Assembly (NCBI GenBank): GCA_963697895.1
Contig: OY969100.1
Span: 2,027,726 to 2,091,725, forward strand
DNA: 64,000 nt
From: an uncultured Methanomicrobiales archaeon
GTDB lineage: Archaea > Halobacteriota > Methanomicrobia > Methanomicrobiales > Methanospirillaceae
Direction: 5' to 3'
Position numbers and translations under genes: made by a program. Below are positions 10,364-20,269 of this stretch, piece by piece; positions within the stretch are counted from its first letter, which is position 1; each line of letters begins with the position of its first letter. Under the pieces are notes generated by a model that was not told the DNA's origin, did no database searches, and saw only the letters and a list, made by a program, of their open reading frames with translations.

Positions 10364-11677
10364 TTATACCCCCTGCATTGCGGTAACCCGGTCGCGGACA
10401 CGGGTCAGGAACTCCACATCCGTAAGCATTCCTTCGGGCGGATCAACGACCTTGCGTGCCTCGATCGGCACATTATCCATCCGATAGCAGTTGCCTCCGA
10501 CCTCAACCCCGACAAATGCAACCGGTACATGCAGCTTTGACACTTCAGTGGTGGGCGTGATATGCGGATCGATAGCGACAGAGGGCAGCTTGGAGATCTG
10601 TTTTACCGAGCTGATCGGGAAGTGGGCACCGGGGTCGCTGCCGATCACGAAGACCGCGTCCACTTCGCCTCTCCGGAGGAGGTCATTGGAACTGCTGTCA
10701 CCGGGGTTGTACCGGGCAAATCCCCGGGATAAATCCACACAGTACGGGAAGCCGAACTGCCAGCCGAGTACCTGGCCGGAACCGGTGACATTATAATGAC
10801 CACGCATCGCAATGATGCTGAATTTTGTATATTCGTTCATATCCTTGGTAACCATGATCGCTTCATCGATGTTGTGATTTTTGCCAAGCGACTGTGTTAC
10901 CCCCATCCCGAAGAAGATGACTCCGAACCGGCCGCTCTTGAGCATCTCCACGGCTTCGTATATCTTTTCCTTCGGAATGCCGGCTACTATATCAGGCAGG
11001 GTTTCGCCCCGGATTGCAACACGGAAGGCATCGAGAAGTTCATAGTCACGTCCCTGCTCTATCTGCAGGTGAATATCCGCCATCTTTGCGGTATCTGTGT
11101 TTCTCGGGTCGACCACGACCAGTTTCCGGTTTTTATGTCCTTTGTTTACAAAGAAGCCCCGCGGGAAGATAGAATACCGGGCCATATGGCGCGGATGTGC
11201 ATGAGTAGGGTTGGACCCCCAGAAAATGATGCGGTCAGCACGGTTTTTAACCTCTCCCAGTGTGCAGCTCGGGATCCCCACGTCCTGAATTGCGAGCAGG
11301 GATGAGCCGTGACACACCGTCGCAGTGTTATCCACGACGGCCCCGACCTTCTCCGCGATCTCGTGACCGATACTCTGGGCATCGCAGCTCGTCGAGCTCC
11401 ATCCATACATGAGCGGCTTTTTCGATTTTACCAGCATCTGTGCGGTATATTCGACCGCTTCATCATAGGATACTTCCTTGTACGAACCGTCCGGCTGCTG
11501 CATCCGGGGACGCGTAATCCGGTCAGTTGCCTGGGAATGAAGGAACTTCGACGCACCGATCACGCATGCATTATAGACATCTTCGATCTTTTTGCCGTCG
11601 TCGGAGACAACGATCTCCAGATCATCGCAAAGAGTCCCGCAGAACGGGCAAATTACATCGGGTACTGTCTTTGACAT
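10364..11677 (-). CDS. fwdB: Formylmethanofuran dehydrogenase subunit B (Cys form)
   Basis: CPFCGTLCDD, ATVCHG and MRGHYNV. Confidence 0.98.
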   Translation of the reverse strand: MSKTVPDVICPFCGTLCDDLEIVVSDDGKKIEDVYNACVIGASKFLHSQATDRITRPRMQQPDGSYKEVSYDEAVEYTAQMLVKSKKPLMYGWSSTSCDAQSIGHEIAEKVGAVVDNTATVCHGSSLLAIQDVGIPSCTLGEVKNRADRIIFWGSNPTHAHPRHMARYSIFPRGFFVNKGHKNRKLVVVDPRNTDTAKMADIHLQIEQGRDYELLDAFRVAIRGETLPDIVAGIPKEKIYEAVEMLKSGRFGVIFFGMGVTQSLGKNHNIDEAIMVTKDMNEYTKFSIIAMRGHYNVTGSGQVLGWQFGFPYCVDLSRGFARYNPGDSSSNDLLRRGEVDAVFVIGSDPGAHFPISSVKQISKLPSVAIDPHITPTTEVSKLHVPVAFVGVEVGGNCYRMDNVPIEARKVVDPPEGMLTDVEFLTRVRDRVTAMQGV

Positions 11678-12078
11678 CAGATCTCACCTCTGCACTTCTT
11701 CTGGACCAGTTCTATGGAATTCAGCACGGGTTCATTCATTGCAACTTCCACCTCGATAGGAGTTCCCTTGAAGGTAGGCATACCGGTGGAATAGGTGTTC
11801 GGGTTGACGACCGAATTTGCCCAGGGCCCCATCGGGATGTAACCGAGGCCGGGATGCGGCCCCTGTGTCGTCTCGATCGCCTTTACCACCACACTTCCGA
11901 ACTCACTGGTAACCCGCACATTGGTATTGCGCCAGGCACCCAGTTTCCGGAAGTCTGCGATATCCAGCTCGATGATGCCGCACGCTTTTCGATAGGCATC
12001 TTTCTCCTTACCGCCCTCCATGGCGACGCCCTGCTGGATCGAGCGCCCCGAAATAAGATTCAGCGAAATTTTAGCCAC
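11677..12078 (-). CDS. fwdD: Formylmethanofuran dehydrogenase subunit D
   Basis: GRSIQQG and IPMGPWAN...GMPTFKG; GTG start. Confidence 0.96.
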   Translation of the reverse strand: MAKISLNLISGRSIQQGVAMEGGKEKDAYRKACGIIELDIADFRKLGAWRNTNVRVTSEFGSVVVKAIETTQGPHPGLGYIPMGPWANSVVNPNTYSTGMPTFKGTPIEVEVAMNEPVLNSIELVQKKCRGEI

Positions 12079-12092
12079 GCTCCTTTCCTCCC

Positions 12093-12518
12093 TTATCTGG
12101 TCAGATCGGGGAGCGGGCTCGGGCCGAGATCGCGGACGGTCTTGATCACATCATCAACCACTTTTGCCCACTTCGCTCCCTCAGATGCCGATACGAATGT
12201 CATCCGGAGCCGCTTATCTTCAAGACCAATGTTCCTCAGGAGGCTCTTTAAGATGAACATCCGTTTTGCGGCTTTATAGTTCCCTTCAAGATAATGACAG
12301 TCCCCGAAATGGCACCCGGAGACGAGAACACCATCTGCACCATCACTGAACGCCTTCAGGATGAAGAGCGGGTCGACACGACCGGTGCACATGACACGGA
12401 CGATCCGGATGTCCGGCTGATACTGGGTCCGGGCACTTCCGGCCAGGTCTGCACCGGCATAAGAGCACCAGTTGCAGACGATACCGAGGATTTTGGGTTT
12501 CCACTCTGGATCTGCCAT
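12093..12518 (-). CDS. mvhD: MvhD/FlpD [2Fe-2S] subunit
   Basis: CNWCSYAGAD, VMCTGRV and GCHFGDCHY. Confidence 0.97.
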   Translation of the reverse strand: MADPEWKPKILGIVCNWCSYAGADLAGSARTQYQPDIRIVRVMCTGRVDPLFILKAFSDGADGVLVSGCHFGDCHYLEGNYKAAKRMFILKSLLRNIGLEDKRLRMTFVSASEGAKWAKVVDDVIKTVRDLGPSPLPDLTR

Positions 12519-14626
12519 TACTTCGCACCTCCCAGGAGGAAAGCGTCAATCTGTGCCACGATCTGCGGGGTTGCAAAGTGCTGCATCCATATTGCGCCAC
12601 CCGGGCAGAATCCGCCGCAGGTACCACAGCCTTTGCATTTAGCCTCCGTGACCTGCATCACTTTTCGTCCGTCTTTCTCGACGAGGGAAAGCGCATTGTA
12701 CGGGCAGAGGTTCACGCACATACCACATCCGGCACATTTCTCCTCCATACACTGGGCGAAGTAGGGTTCGAGCTCGACTTCCCCCCGCTGGATCGGGATA
12801 CTTGCCGCCGATGCGGCTCCCTCCGCGGAGGCGACGGTATCGGGGATATCCTTCGGTCCCTGGCAGACACCGGCAAGGAATACTCCGGCCGTGGTTGTTC
12901 CGCAGGGGTTCAGCTTGGGGTGTGCCTCCATGAGCCATCCGTCCATGGAACAGGAGACCCCGAAGAGTTTCCTGGTCCGGTCCGTATCCGAGGAAGGCTG
13001 GACTGCGGCAGCAAGCACCACAAGGTCAGCATCGAGCCTCATCGGACGGTCGAGGAGCGTGTCGTCTGCGATGACGGTGAGATTCTTGCTCTCTGCATCC
13101 TCGAGGATATTCGATACCCGGCCACGGATGAATTTCGCTCCTTCATCCTGGATCCGGTAATAGAACTCCTCGTACATCTTGCCGAATGACCGGATATCCA
13201 TGTAGAATATATATGGTTGTACACCCGGGATCTTCTCGATGATCTGGTGTGCATGCTTCAGGGAATACATGCAGCAGAACCGGGAACAGTATGGTTTTCC
13301 GACTCCGGTGTTGTCACGGGACCCTGCACAGAGGATGAACGCGACCTTCTTCGGAGTCACCCCATCGCTCGGGCGGACCAGGTGGCCGCCGGTCGGTCCG
13401 GATGCACAAATGAGCCGCTCGAATTCAAGGCTCGAGATCACATTATCGAACTTCTTGTACCCCCATTCATCCTTCTTCTCGATGGGGAAGATGTCATAGC
13501 CGAGTGCCAGGATGGCGGTCCCGACCTTGACTTTAACGAACGAATCCTCCTGCTCGAGTTCGATTGCCTTCTTGTCGCCGCAGGCGGTGACACAAAGGCC
13601 GCACTTTATACAGGAGTCCTTGTCGACGGTATAAATGAGCGGGACAACCTGTGGGTGGTTGATATAAATCGCCTTCCGCGGCTTCATCCCCATCTCAAAC
13701 TCGTTCGGCTGGATCACCGGACATACCGGGTCACAGTCACCGCAGCCGTTGCAGCCACCTCCAACGATGCCCTTAGCTTCCGCCTCTGCCGGGGTGAGCA
13801 CACCGCGGGCTTTCTTCCGGAGTGTCACATCGAAATTACCGATATACCCCTCCACAGAGTCTACCTCGGTATAGGTCATGAGCTCGATGTTTTCCGACCT
13901 TCCGACATCCACCATCTTCGGGGTGAGGATACACTGGGAACAGTCCAGGGTCGGGAAAGTCTTGTCCAGCTGGGACATGCGTCCGCCGATCGTCGGGCTC
14001 TTTTCGATCAGATAGGTCTTGATGCCTGCATTTGCAAGATCGAGTGCCGCCTGCATACCGGCGATACCTGCACCGACCACCATTGCCGCCCGTTCTACGG
14101 GGACAGCCTTCGGAATCAGGTCCTCAAGCAGGGAGGCCTTGGCAACCGCAATCCTTACGGCGTCCTTTGCCTTATCTGTGGCGCCCTCGCGGTCATGCAT
14201 ATGTACCCAGGCGTTCTGCTCACGGATATTGGCCATCTCAAAGCGGAAAGGGTTGATACCTCCTTCCTTGGTTGCGGTCCTGAATGTCGGTTCATGGAGC
14301 CGGGGAGAACATGCCGCAACAACCGTGCCAGTGAGGTTATGTTCCTTTATTGCGTCCTCGATGATCTTCTGACCGGGGGTCGAACAGACATACTGGTAAT
14401 TTGCCACGAAGGCTACATTCGGGAGTGTCTTCGCATAATCCTGGACAGCATTGATGTCGATCGAACCCGCGATGTTCGTTCCACAGTGACAGATGAAGAC
14501 ACCGATCCGCGCCTCTTTCGTATCCGGAGACCGCTTTATTGCCGGTGCCGCTTTCGCTTTCACTTCCGCCTTTTGTTCCTTCTTCGATGCAGTTGATTCT
14601 TTCTTTGATTTTTTCGCTTCGGCCAT
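12518..14626 (-). CDS. hdrA: Heterodisulfide reductase subunit A
   Basis: CHCGTNIAG, ACSPRLHE, GAGIAG FAD motif, DKTFPTLDCSQCI, CSRFCC and C-terminal ferredoxin. Confidence 0.98.
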   Translation of the reverse strand: MAEAKKSKKESTASKKEQKAEVKAKAAPAIKRSPDTKEARIGVFICHCGTNIAGSIDINAVQDYAKTLPNVAFVANYQYVCSTPGQKIIEDAIKEHNLTGTVVAACSPRLHEPTFRTATKEGGINPFRFEMANIREQNAWVHMHDREGATDKAKDAVRIAVAKASLLEDLIPKAVPVERAAMVVGAGIAGMQAALDLANAGIKTYLIEKSPTIGGRMSQLDKTFPTLDCSQCILTPKMVDVGRSENIELMTYTEVDSVEGYIGNFDVTLRKKARGVLTPAEAEAKGIVGGGCNGCGDCDPVCPVIQPNEFEMGMKPRKAIYINHPQVVPLIYTVDKDSCIKCGLCVTACGDKKAIELEQEDSFVKVKVGTAILALGYDIFPIEKKDEWGYKKFDNVISSLEFERLICASGPTGGHLVRPSDGVTPKKVAFILCAGSRDNTGVGKPYCSRFCCMYSLKHAHQIIEKIPGVQPYIFYMDIRSFGKMYEEFYYRIQDEGAKFIRGRVSNILEDAESKNLTVIADDTLLDRPMRLDADLVVLAAAVQPSSDTDRTRKLFGVSCSMDGWLMEAHPKLNPCGTTTAGVFLAGVCQGPKDIPDTVASAEGAASAASIPIQRGEVELEPYFAQCMEEKCAGCGMCVNLCPYNALSLVEKDGRKVMQVTEAKCKGCGTCGGFCPGGAIWMQHFATPQIVAQIDAFLLGGAK

Positions 14627-14640
14627 TTTCGTCTCCTCCA

Positions 14641-15537
14641 TCACAGGATCTTCTGCAGGAACGGCTCGCAGCTGATCGCATGGAGATCCAGTGCAAGTTC
14701 CTGCGGGGTCATTCCCTGGGCGAGCCCGAGCAGTTCATTGTAGTGCAGGACGGGAAGGTCATAGCTCACGCCAAACTTTTCCTTTATTTCAATCTGTCCG
14801 CGGTCGAACTGAAGCTGACAGAACGGACAGATATCAGTGAGTGCATCGATGCCCATCTTGGACAGCGTGATCAGTTTCTCGTTGGCAATATCGAGTGCGT
14901 GAACAATATCATAACCGCGGACACCACCACCGGCGCCACAACAGAGCATCTTGTTCCGGTATTCCACCGGCTCTGCGCCGAGGGCCGCGACCATCTCTTC
15001 GATCCAGACCGGGTGCTCTGTGGTTCCGAAGTGACGCTCTTTCCGGGGTTTCATCAGGTGGCAGCCATAATGCACCGCGATTCGGGTGCCCGTGAGCGGG
15101 TTCGTCACACTGTCCCGGATCTTTTTAACACCGACGATCTTCGGGTCGTATAAGAGTTCTGCAAGGTGGTAGACCTCAATGGAGCCCTTATATTCCATAT
15201 CGATCTCTTTCAGTACCTCATTGACCCCGTCACGAAGCTCTTCGTTGTGCTTGAGTTTATGGTTCACTTCCCAGATGGACTTATAGCAGCCATTGCAGAT
15301 CAGAGCGATATCCTTCTTCATCTGTTCCGCAAGCACGATATTCCGGGCAGCCATCGCATACCATACATTCAGGTCAATCGATCCAAACGCACCTGGTGCG
15401 GGGCAGCAGCTGGCGCCCTCGAGGTCCAATAATTTGATCCCGAGCTTCTCCGAGGTCCGGTACGATGCCGCTTCGGAGCCGGGGTACCGGTTGGGTGCGA
15501 TGCATCCGAGATAAAACGCGTATTCGTGCATCAGCAT
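14641..15537 (-). CDS. hdrB: Heterodisulfide reductase subunit B
   Basis: Two CCG-type domains: SCCPAPG, HYGCH, CCGAGGG and CPFCQLQFD. Confidence 0.98.
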   Translation of the reverse strand: MLMHEYAFYLGCIAPNRYPGSEAASYRTSEKLGIKLLDLEGASCCPAPGAFGSIDLNVWYAMAARNIVLAEQMKKDIALICNGCYKSIWEVNHKLKHNEELRDGVNEVLKEIDMEYKGSIEVYHLAELLYDPKIVGVKKIRDSVTNPLTGTRIAVHYGCHLMKPRKERHFGTTEHPVWIEEMVAALGAEPVEYRNKMLCCGAGGGVRGYDIVHALDIANEKLITLSKMGIDALTDICPFCQLQFDRGQIEIKEKFGVSYDLPVLHYNELLGLAQGMTPQELALDLHAISCEPFLQKIL

Positions 15538-16119
15538 TCACCCCTCTCGTTCCTTAACAATTCTGTCTGCATTCTTCTTCAGCTCGAAATGATCAAGGAT
15601 CTTCTGGATACCCTTGATATAATCGGGTCTCCCGTGTGTTGTCGGGGGGTCTGCGGGAAGACCGAGTTTCACGCGTGCCGCCCTGTTGACATCATTGTTC
15701 GGCACGCCATGGCCCGTGGTATAAATCGCCTGTACCGTCTTCAAGAAATTGACCGGTATGATATCGCGCTTGAATGCGAGATTCCTCATGGCCATGATCA
15801 CATCGGTTGGTGCGATATCCCTCGGGCACCGGTCTGTACAGCTGTAACAGGTTGTGCAGAGCCAGAGGTCCGGGTCAACAAGTGCTTCATTTTCGAGCCC
15901 GAGCAATGCTCTCCGGACAAACTTACGGATTCTATAGGAGCTTCGGGGTGCAGAAGGACATGATGCGGTACAGGTCCCGCACTGGTAGCACATGTGTGGA
16001 ATGGTCATCGAGATCTTTTCCACGGTCTTCGTGAACGCGGGGTTCGAGTCCTCATCGTATAAATTGCGGTCCTTCAGTTTGTTTTCGAGTGCTTCAGGGT
16101 AACCTTTGGTTTTTGCCAT
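15538..16119 (-). CDS. hdrC: Heterodisulfide reductase subunit C
   Basis: CYQCGTCTASCP and WLCTTCYSCTDRCPR. Confidence 0.97.
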   Translation of the reverse strand: MAKTKGYPEALENKLKDRNLYDEDSNPAFTKTVEKISMTIPHMCYQCGTCTASCPSAPRSSYRIRKFVRRALLGLENEALVDPDLWLCTTCYSCTDRCPRDIAPTDVIMAMRNLAFKRDIIPVNFLKTVQAIYTTGHGVPNNDVNRAARVKLGLPADPPTTHGRPDYIKGIQKILDHFELKKNADRIVKEREG

Positions 16120-16129
16120 GTCTCATTCC

Positions 16130-17293
16130 TCACGCCTTCTCCGTAACCTTGAGTTGCACCTCTCCCGGCGTCTCTTCTTTCACCTTGGAAGTCCGGGGTG
16201 TGCAGAGCTTCTCTTTGATCTTATTGTACAGATCCGTCTCTTTACCGGTGATTCGAATGCCTGTCCGGTGAAGGAGAATGATATCCTCACCTGGACATGC
16301 ATTCACGCACGCACCACAAAGAATACAGAGATCTTTGTTCACCGCAATGGTCGGCTCTATCTGGCCTTTCATCTCGGCTGCCGGTTTGGAGCTCGGGAGG
16401 TAAATGGCATTTGCAGGACAGATCTCTACGCAGGTGGAACAGCCACCGGGGCATTTTTCCGCATGGAATTCGATATCGCCCTCAAAGATCTTTTCAACGG
16501 TGATCGCCTCGGTCGGGCAGTTCCGGGAGCACCAGGTGCAGGTACAACAGAGATCCTTGTCGATGTCGACTTTACCGGGCATCTTGTCGCTCTCGATCTG
16601 CCGTTCGACGGTGATACATTCCTCCGGGCACATCTCGACACAGACCATGCATGCATCGCATTTGCTCTCATCCCAGACGACTTCTCCCTGAATATTTCCG
16701 GATTCGGCTGTGAACTCCTTGTGTTTCACATCGATCGCCGGGCAGAGTGCTCCACAGATCCCGCAGAGCGTGCATTTCTCCATATCCACCTTGAATGTGG
16801 TTTTGCTGGTCAGTGCCGTCTGCCGGTCCTTGGCGCCTTCAGCAGCGCCTTCGAACTCGGGGACATTTCTGATGATCGCATCACGCGGGCAGACCTCGTC
16901 ACAGATGGTGCATTTCACGCATTTTTCGTCGCTGATTTCTGCAACGATATTGTACTGTGGGAATCCCTCCTTCTCGATAATGGGAAGGCGTTCCTCGTTA
17001 TCCACTTTGAGCGTCAGTGCATTGAACGGGCACATGATTACACAGACGCCACAGTAAACGCATTTTGTCTCATCGATATCGACCGGAGCCGCATATTCGA
17101 CCACTCCCCGCTTGGTTGCCCCGACGAGCCCGAGGGCAATCGCATCTTCAGGGCATGCCTCAACGCAGACCCCGCACCCCGTGCATACCTCTGCGTTCAG
17201 AATCAGGTCTGAAACTTGCTGGAGAAGCCGCTGCTCTCCGGTAACATTCACACCTTCCCGTTTCTTGGAATATTTAGGATAAATCGTTGTCAT
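16130..17293 (-). CDS. fwdF: Polyferredoxin FwdF
   Basis: Eight CxxCxxCxxxCP-type motifs; position in the operon. Confidence 0.93.
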   Translation of the reverse strand: MTTIYPKYSKKREGVNVTGEQRLLQQVSDLILNAEVCTGCGVCVEACPEDAIALGLVGATKRGVVEYAAPVDIDETKCVYCGVCVIMCPFNALTLKVDNEERLPIIEKEGFPQYNIVAEISDEKCVKCTICDEVCPRDAIIRNVPEFEGAAEGAKDRQTALTSKTTFKVDMEKCTLCGICGALCPAIDVKHKEFTAESGNIQGEVVWDESKCDACMVCVEMCPEECITVERQIESDKMPGKVDIDKDLCCTCTWCSRNCPTEAITVEKIFEGDIEFHAEKCPGGCSTCVEICPANAIYLPSSKPAAEMKGQIEPTIAVNKDLCILCGACVNACPGEDIILLHRTGIRITGKETDLYNKIKEKLCTPRTSKVKEETPGEVQLKVTEKA

Positions 17294-17325
17294 GCAGGTA
17301 CCTCACATTCCTTCACGCTCATTCA

Positions 17326-17589
17326 TCACACCTTTGCCTCTGACATCACGGAACCACGACCTTCCAGCCGGATGACATCATGTGGACATGCTTCGACGCA
17401 TACACCGCACCCCGCGCAGAGCTCTGACTTGAAATCAATCACCATGGATTTTCCATGGCGTACCTTGTAGATCTTCTCATTTGTGACAGGATCTATGGTA
17501 TAGAGTTCAAGCGCATCGACAGGACATGCGACCACACAATTACCGCAGCCAGTACAACGTTCCATGTTTACGTGCACTGCAAATGCCAT
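17326..17589 (-). CDS. fwdG: Ferredoxin-type subunit FwdG
   Basis: CTGCGNCVVACP and CAGCGVCVEACP. Start at MAFAVHVN. Confidence 0.9.
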   Translation of the reverse strand: MAFAVHVNMERCTGCGNCVVACPVDALELYTIDPVTNEKIYKVRHGKSMVIDFKSELCAGCGVCVEACPHDVIRLEGRGSVMSEAKV

Positions 17590-18346
17590 GTTTTTATCAC
17601 GCACCAGATTGGATCGATTAAAAAATCGACTAAAGAAGAATGGTTAACTAATGTAGATAAACTCTTCTGATTTCTCCCTGTTATGACGGCAATTTGGGCG
17701 GGTATGATTAATTATTTGTTTTTATTTAGTAAATAAGTTAACTGAAATACCATAAAATACGCCGGAGACCCCTGCGTTCATCAGGTGCTTTCATTCATTT
17801 CAGTCATAGAATAAAAATCTGTTGGTCTTTTCCTTCTTTTTGTAAAGGAGGGTTATATAGTTGTCTTTTGTGAAATTATTACGTAATATCTAGGTACTCG
17901 GGAAAAAAATCGGGAAATCTTTTAGATTATTTTCGTCATTCCTGAATCCTGTCGTCCCTTCATTTCCCTATTCTAATCCCCGTTTTTATCCGCGTATGGT
18001 TAATGCTTTGATATTGACATAACTGGATTCTCACTCGGGAGACGGGTAGATTAACGGTACGATTTCTGGTTCGATTCCGGATCGGGTTGAATTCCGCGGT
18101 CTCATTCCGGAAAAACTGCAATTGGTTTTCGGCAAAACCGGGATAGGGGTATGATCCTGTTATTGATCCACACCCCGGATATTTCTGCAAAGAATATGGA
18201 GAACCGGGATTCGTCAGGGGATTTTCGGGTTTTCACTTTTTTTTATTTTCTCGGGTTTGATCCATCCGGAGTCCGCTAGGAGAATCGCAATAAGAAAAAG
18301 TTATTTTCATCGCTTACCGTACCTCCTGATGAAACGAGGTTGTGAA
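17590..18346. promoter_or_regulatory. Divergent AT-rich control region for the fwd-hdr operon and ftr
   Basis: About 750 bp, AT-rich, several TATA-like boxes, no credible ORF. Confidence 0.55.
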
Positions 18347-19231
18347 ATGGAACTAAACGGTGTACCGATTGATGATACCTACGCTGAAGCATTTCCGATA
18401 TGGATTTCGAGGGTCATTATCACTGCAGTAACAGAAGAATGGGCCTACAGGGCCGCAACTGAAGCGACAGGATTTGCGACATCTGCGATCGGCTGTCCGT
18501 GCGAGGCAGGAATTGAGAGTATGCTCAGCCCGGATGAGACCCCAGATGGAAGGCCCGGGGTATCAATCCTCATATGCACGGCCAAGAAGAAAATGAAGGA
18601 ACAGCTCATAGAAAGAATTGGAGAGTGTATTTTTACCGCTGCCACAACGGCGGTATTTGACGGTCTTCCGGAAGCAGAAGAAAAAATACCTGTGAAATTA
18701 CACTTCTTCGGGGATGGATATGAATACAAGAAGGAACTGGGGGGACGACAAGTCTGGGCGGTGCCTATCATGTCCGGAGAATACATCGGTGAGGAAGAGT
18801 TCGGGATTATGAAGGGTGTTGCAGGGGGCAACTTCTTTGTGATGGGGGAGAATCAAATGGCTGCACTAATGGGTGCCCAGGCAGCGGTCGATGCAATAGG
18901 TTCTGTTTGTGGAGTAATAACGAGTTTCCCCGGAGGCATCGTAGCCAGCGGCTCGAAGGTGGGTTCGAACAAATATAAATTCATTCCTGCGAGCACAAAT
19001 GAAAAATACTGCCCAACCCTTCGTGATAAGGTCCCGGACAGCAAGGTGCCGAAAGGGGTGAATGCGATGTTCGAGATAGTTATCGATGGTCTGGATGAGA
19101 GCTGCGTATCAGAGGCGATGGCAGAGGGAATCAGGGCGGCAGTCATGGTACCGGGAGTCAAATACATCAGTGCAGGAAATTTTGGAGGCACTCTCGGGCC
19201 ATTTAAATTCGAACTGCATAAAATCCTTTAA
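18347..19231 (+). CDS. ftr: Formylmethanofuran:H4MPT N-formyltransferase
   Basis: IDDTYAEAF, GCPCEAGIE, TPDGRPG, GVAGGNF and SAGNFGGTLG. SD GAGGT precedes ATG 18347. Confidence 0.98.
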   Translation: MELNGVPIDDTYAEAFPIWISRVIITAVTEEWAYRAATEATGFATSAIGCPCEAGIESMLSPDETPDGRPGVSILICTAKKKMKEQLIERIGECIFTAATTAVFDGLPEAEEKIPVKLHFFGDGYEYKKELGGRQVWAVPIMSGEYIGEEEFGIMKGVAGGNFFVMGENQMAALMGAQAAVDAIGSVCGVITSFPGGIVASGSKVGSNKYKFIPASTNEKYCPTLRDKVPDSKVPKGVNAMFEIVIDGLDESCVSEAMAEGIRAAVMVPGVKYISAGNFGGTLGPFKFELHKIL

Positions 19232-19375
19232 TTTTATTTCTGCACCATTTCGATTTCTTTAAATATCTCATTACCGATTATTCTGTTAACGATAATTTCG
19301 GCGACAAAATTTTCCCTTCAGGGGGCATTCGAATTATCAGATCGGAGTATCGGGTAAACGGAAAGGCGGCGATAT

Positions 19376-20269
19376 ATGGCGAATATCCCTGATCCCTATC
19401 TCATTCGCTATCCGCAGATTGTGGCAGTTGCTGATGAGGCAGATGCCCGGATTGAGCTCATCGAATTTTTCGAATGTACCGGCGGGGCGATGTGGTCAAA
19501 GTACCACTACATTCAGAGTCCACTGGTCGAGTCGGTGCGGCATGTCGGGGGGACCATCCGGTATATGCTGAAAACGGGAGCGGTAGATCTCGCACTGGAG
19601 GGATCCCGATTCCCTGCAGGGATATCGGGGGCCTCTGTCAGCAACGACGAGATCATCATCAGCTATATCGGCATCGGCGGGGGTGGCGTCGGTGCTGCGG
19701 GATGCAGGGCAAATGCGGGGGGTGTGCTCCGGTGCGAAAGCGACCCTTCAGGGGGAGGACGACAGGCTGGTGCAACGATCTGGCTTCCAAGGCAGACACG
19801 GGTCCTGATCGGGATCGATGACACGGATACCCCTGAACAGGGAGCTACCTGGACGCTGGTGCATAATATCGCGAAGGCAGTGGAAGATTGTGCGACCCGT
19901 TATCTCTCGCACACTATTGTACAGCTCTATCCCGTGCCGTACCGGACCAAGAACTGCGTCAGTCTGGTATGTGAATTCGCTTCATCCGACCCCCTGACGC
20001 TTATAGAACGGTTTCGACAGCTCCTGGAACGGTATACCCTGTCAGACGAGACGGGTATGGCGGTGTTCAGCGGTTTCGATCCGTCTTTTCTGTATCCATT
20101 TGGAAGGAAAGTGAAATGTGGAGAAATCTCCCGGGATCTCCTGATGGAGATACGGGACCCGAGACTCCGCATCATGATGAATGGCCGCGGTATTATCGGG
20201 GCGGTCGCGGCAATACCGTTCTATACCCGGTATGAGGAGGCGCTTGCACTGTGCGATGGGTCGAGCTGA
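19376..20269 (+). CDS. Methanogenesis marker protein 11 (C-terminal TiaS-like GIDDTD domain)
   Basis: ECTGGAMW, GGGGVGAAGCR, IGIDDTDT.EQGATW, HTIVQLYP..RTKNC and GIIGAVAA. Confidence 0.85.
   Translation: MANIPDPYLIRYPQIVAVADEADARIELIEFFECTGGAMWSKYHYIQSPLVESVRHVGGTIRYMLKTGAVDLALEGSRFPAGISGASVSNDEIIISYIGIGGGGVGAAGCRANAGGVLRCESDPSGGGRQAGATIWLPRQTRVLIGIDDTDTPEQGATWTLVHNIAKAVEDCATRYLSHTIVQLYPVPYRTKNCVSLVCEFASSDPLTLIERFRQLLERYTLSDETGMAVFSGFDPSFLYPFGRKVKCGEISRDLLMEIRDPRLRIMMNGRGIIGAVAAIPFYTRYEEALALCDGSS

Noticed and set aside
6047-14596. Long antisense ORFs (6047-7219, 9192-10487, 13217-14596; also 61630-62838)
   Set aside because: Shadow frames of GC3-rich genes; no recognisable motifs.
10364-14626. 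Selenocysteine/pyrrolysine recoding in fwdB, mvhD or hdrA
   Set aside because: No in-frame stops; Cys at the expected positions.
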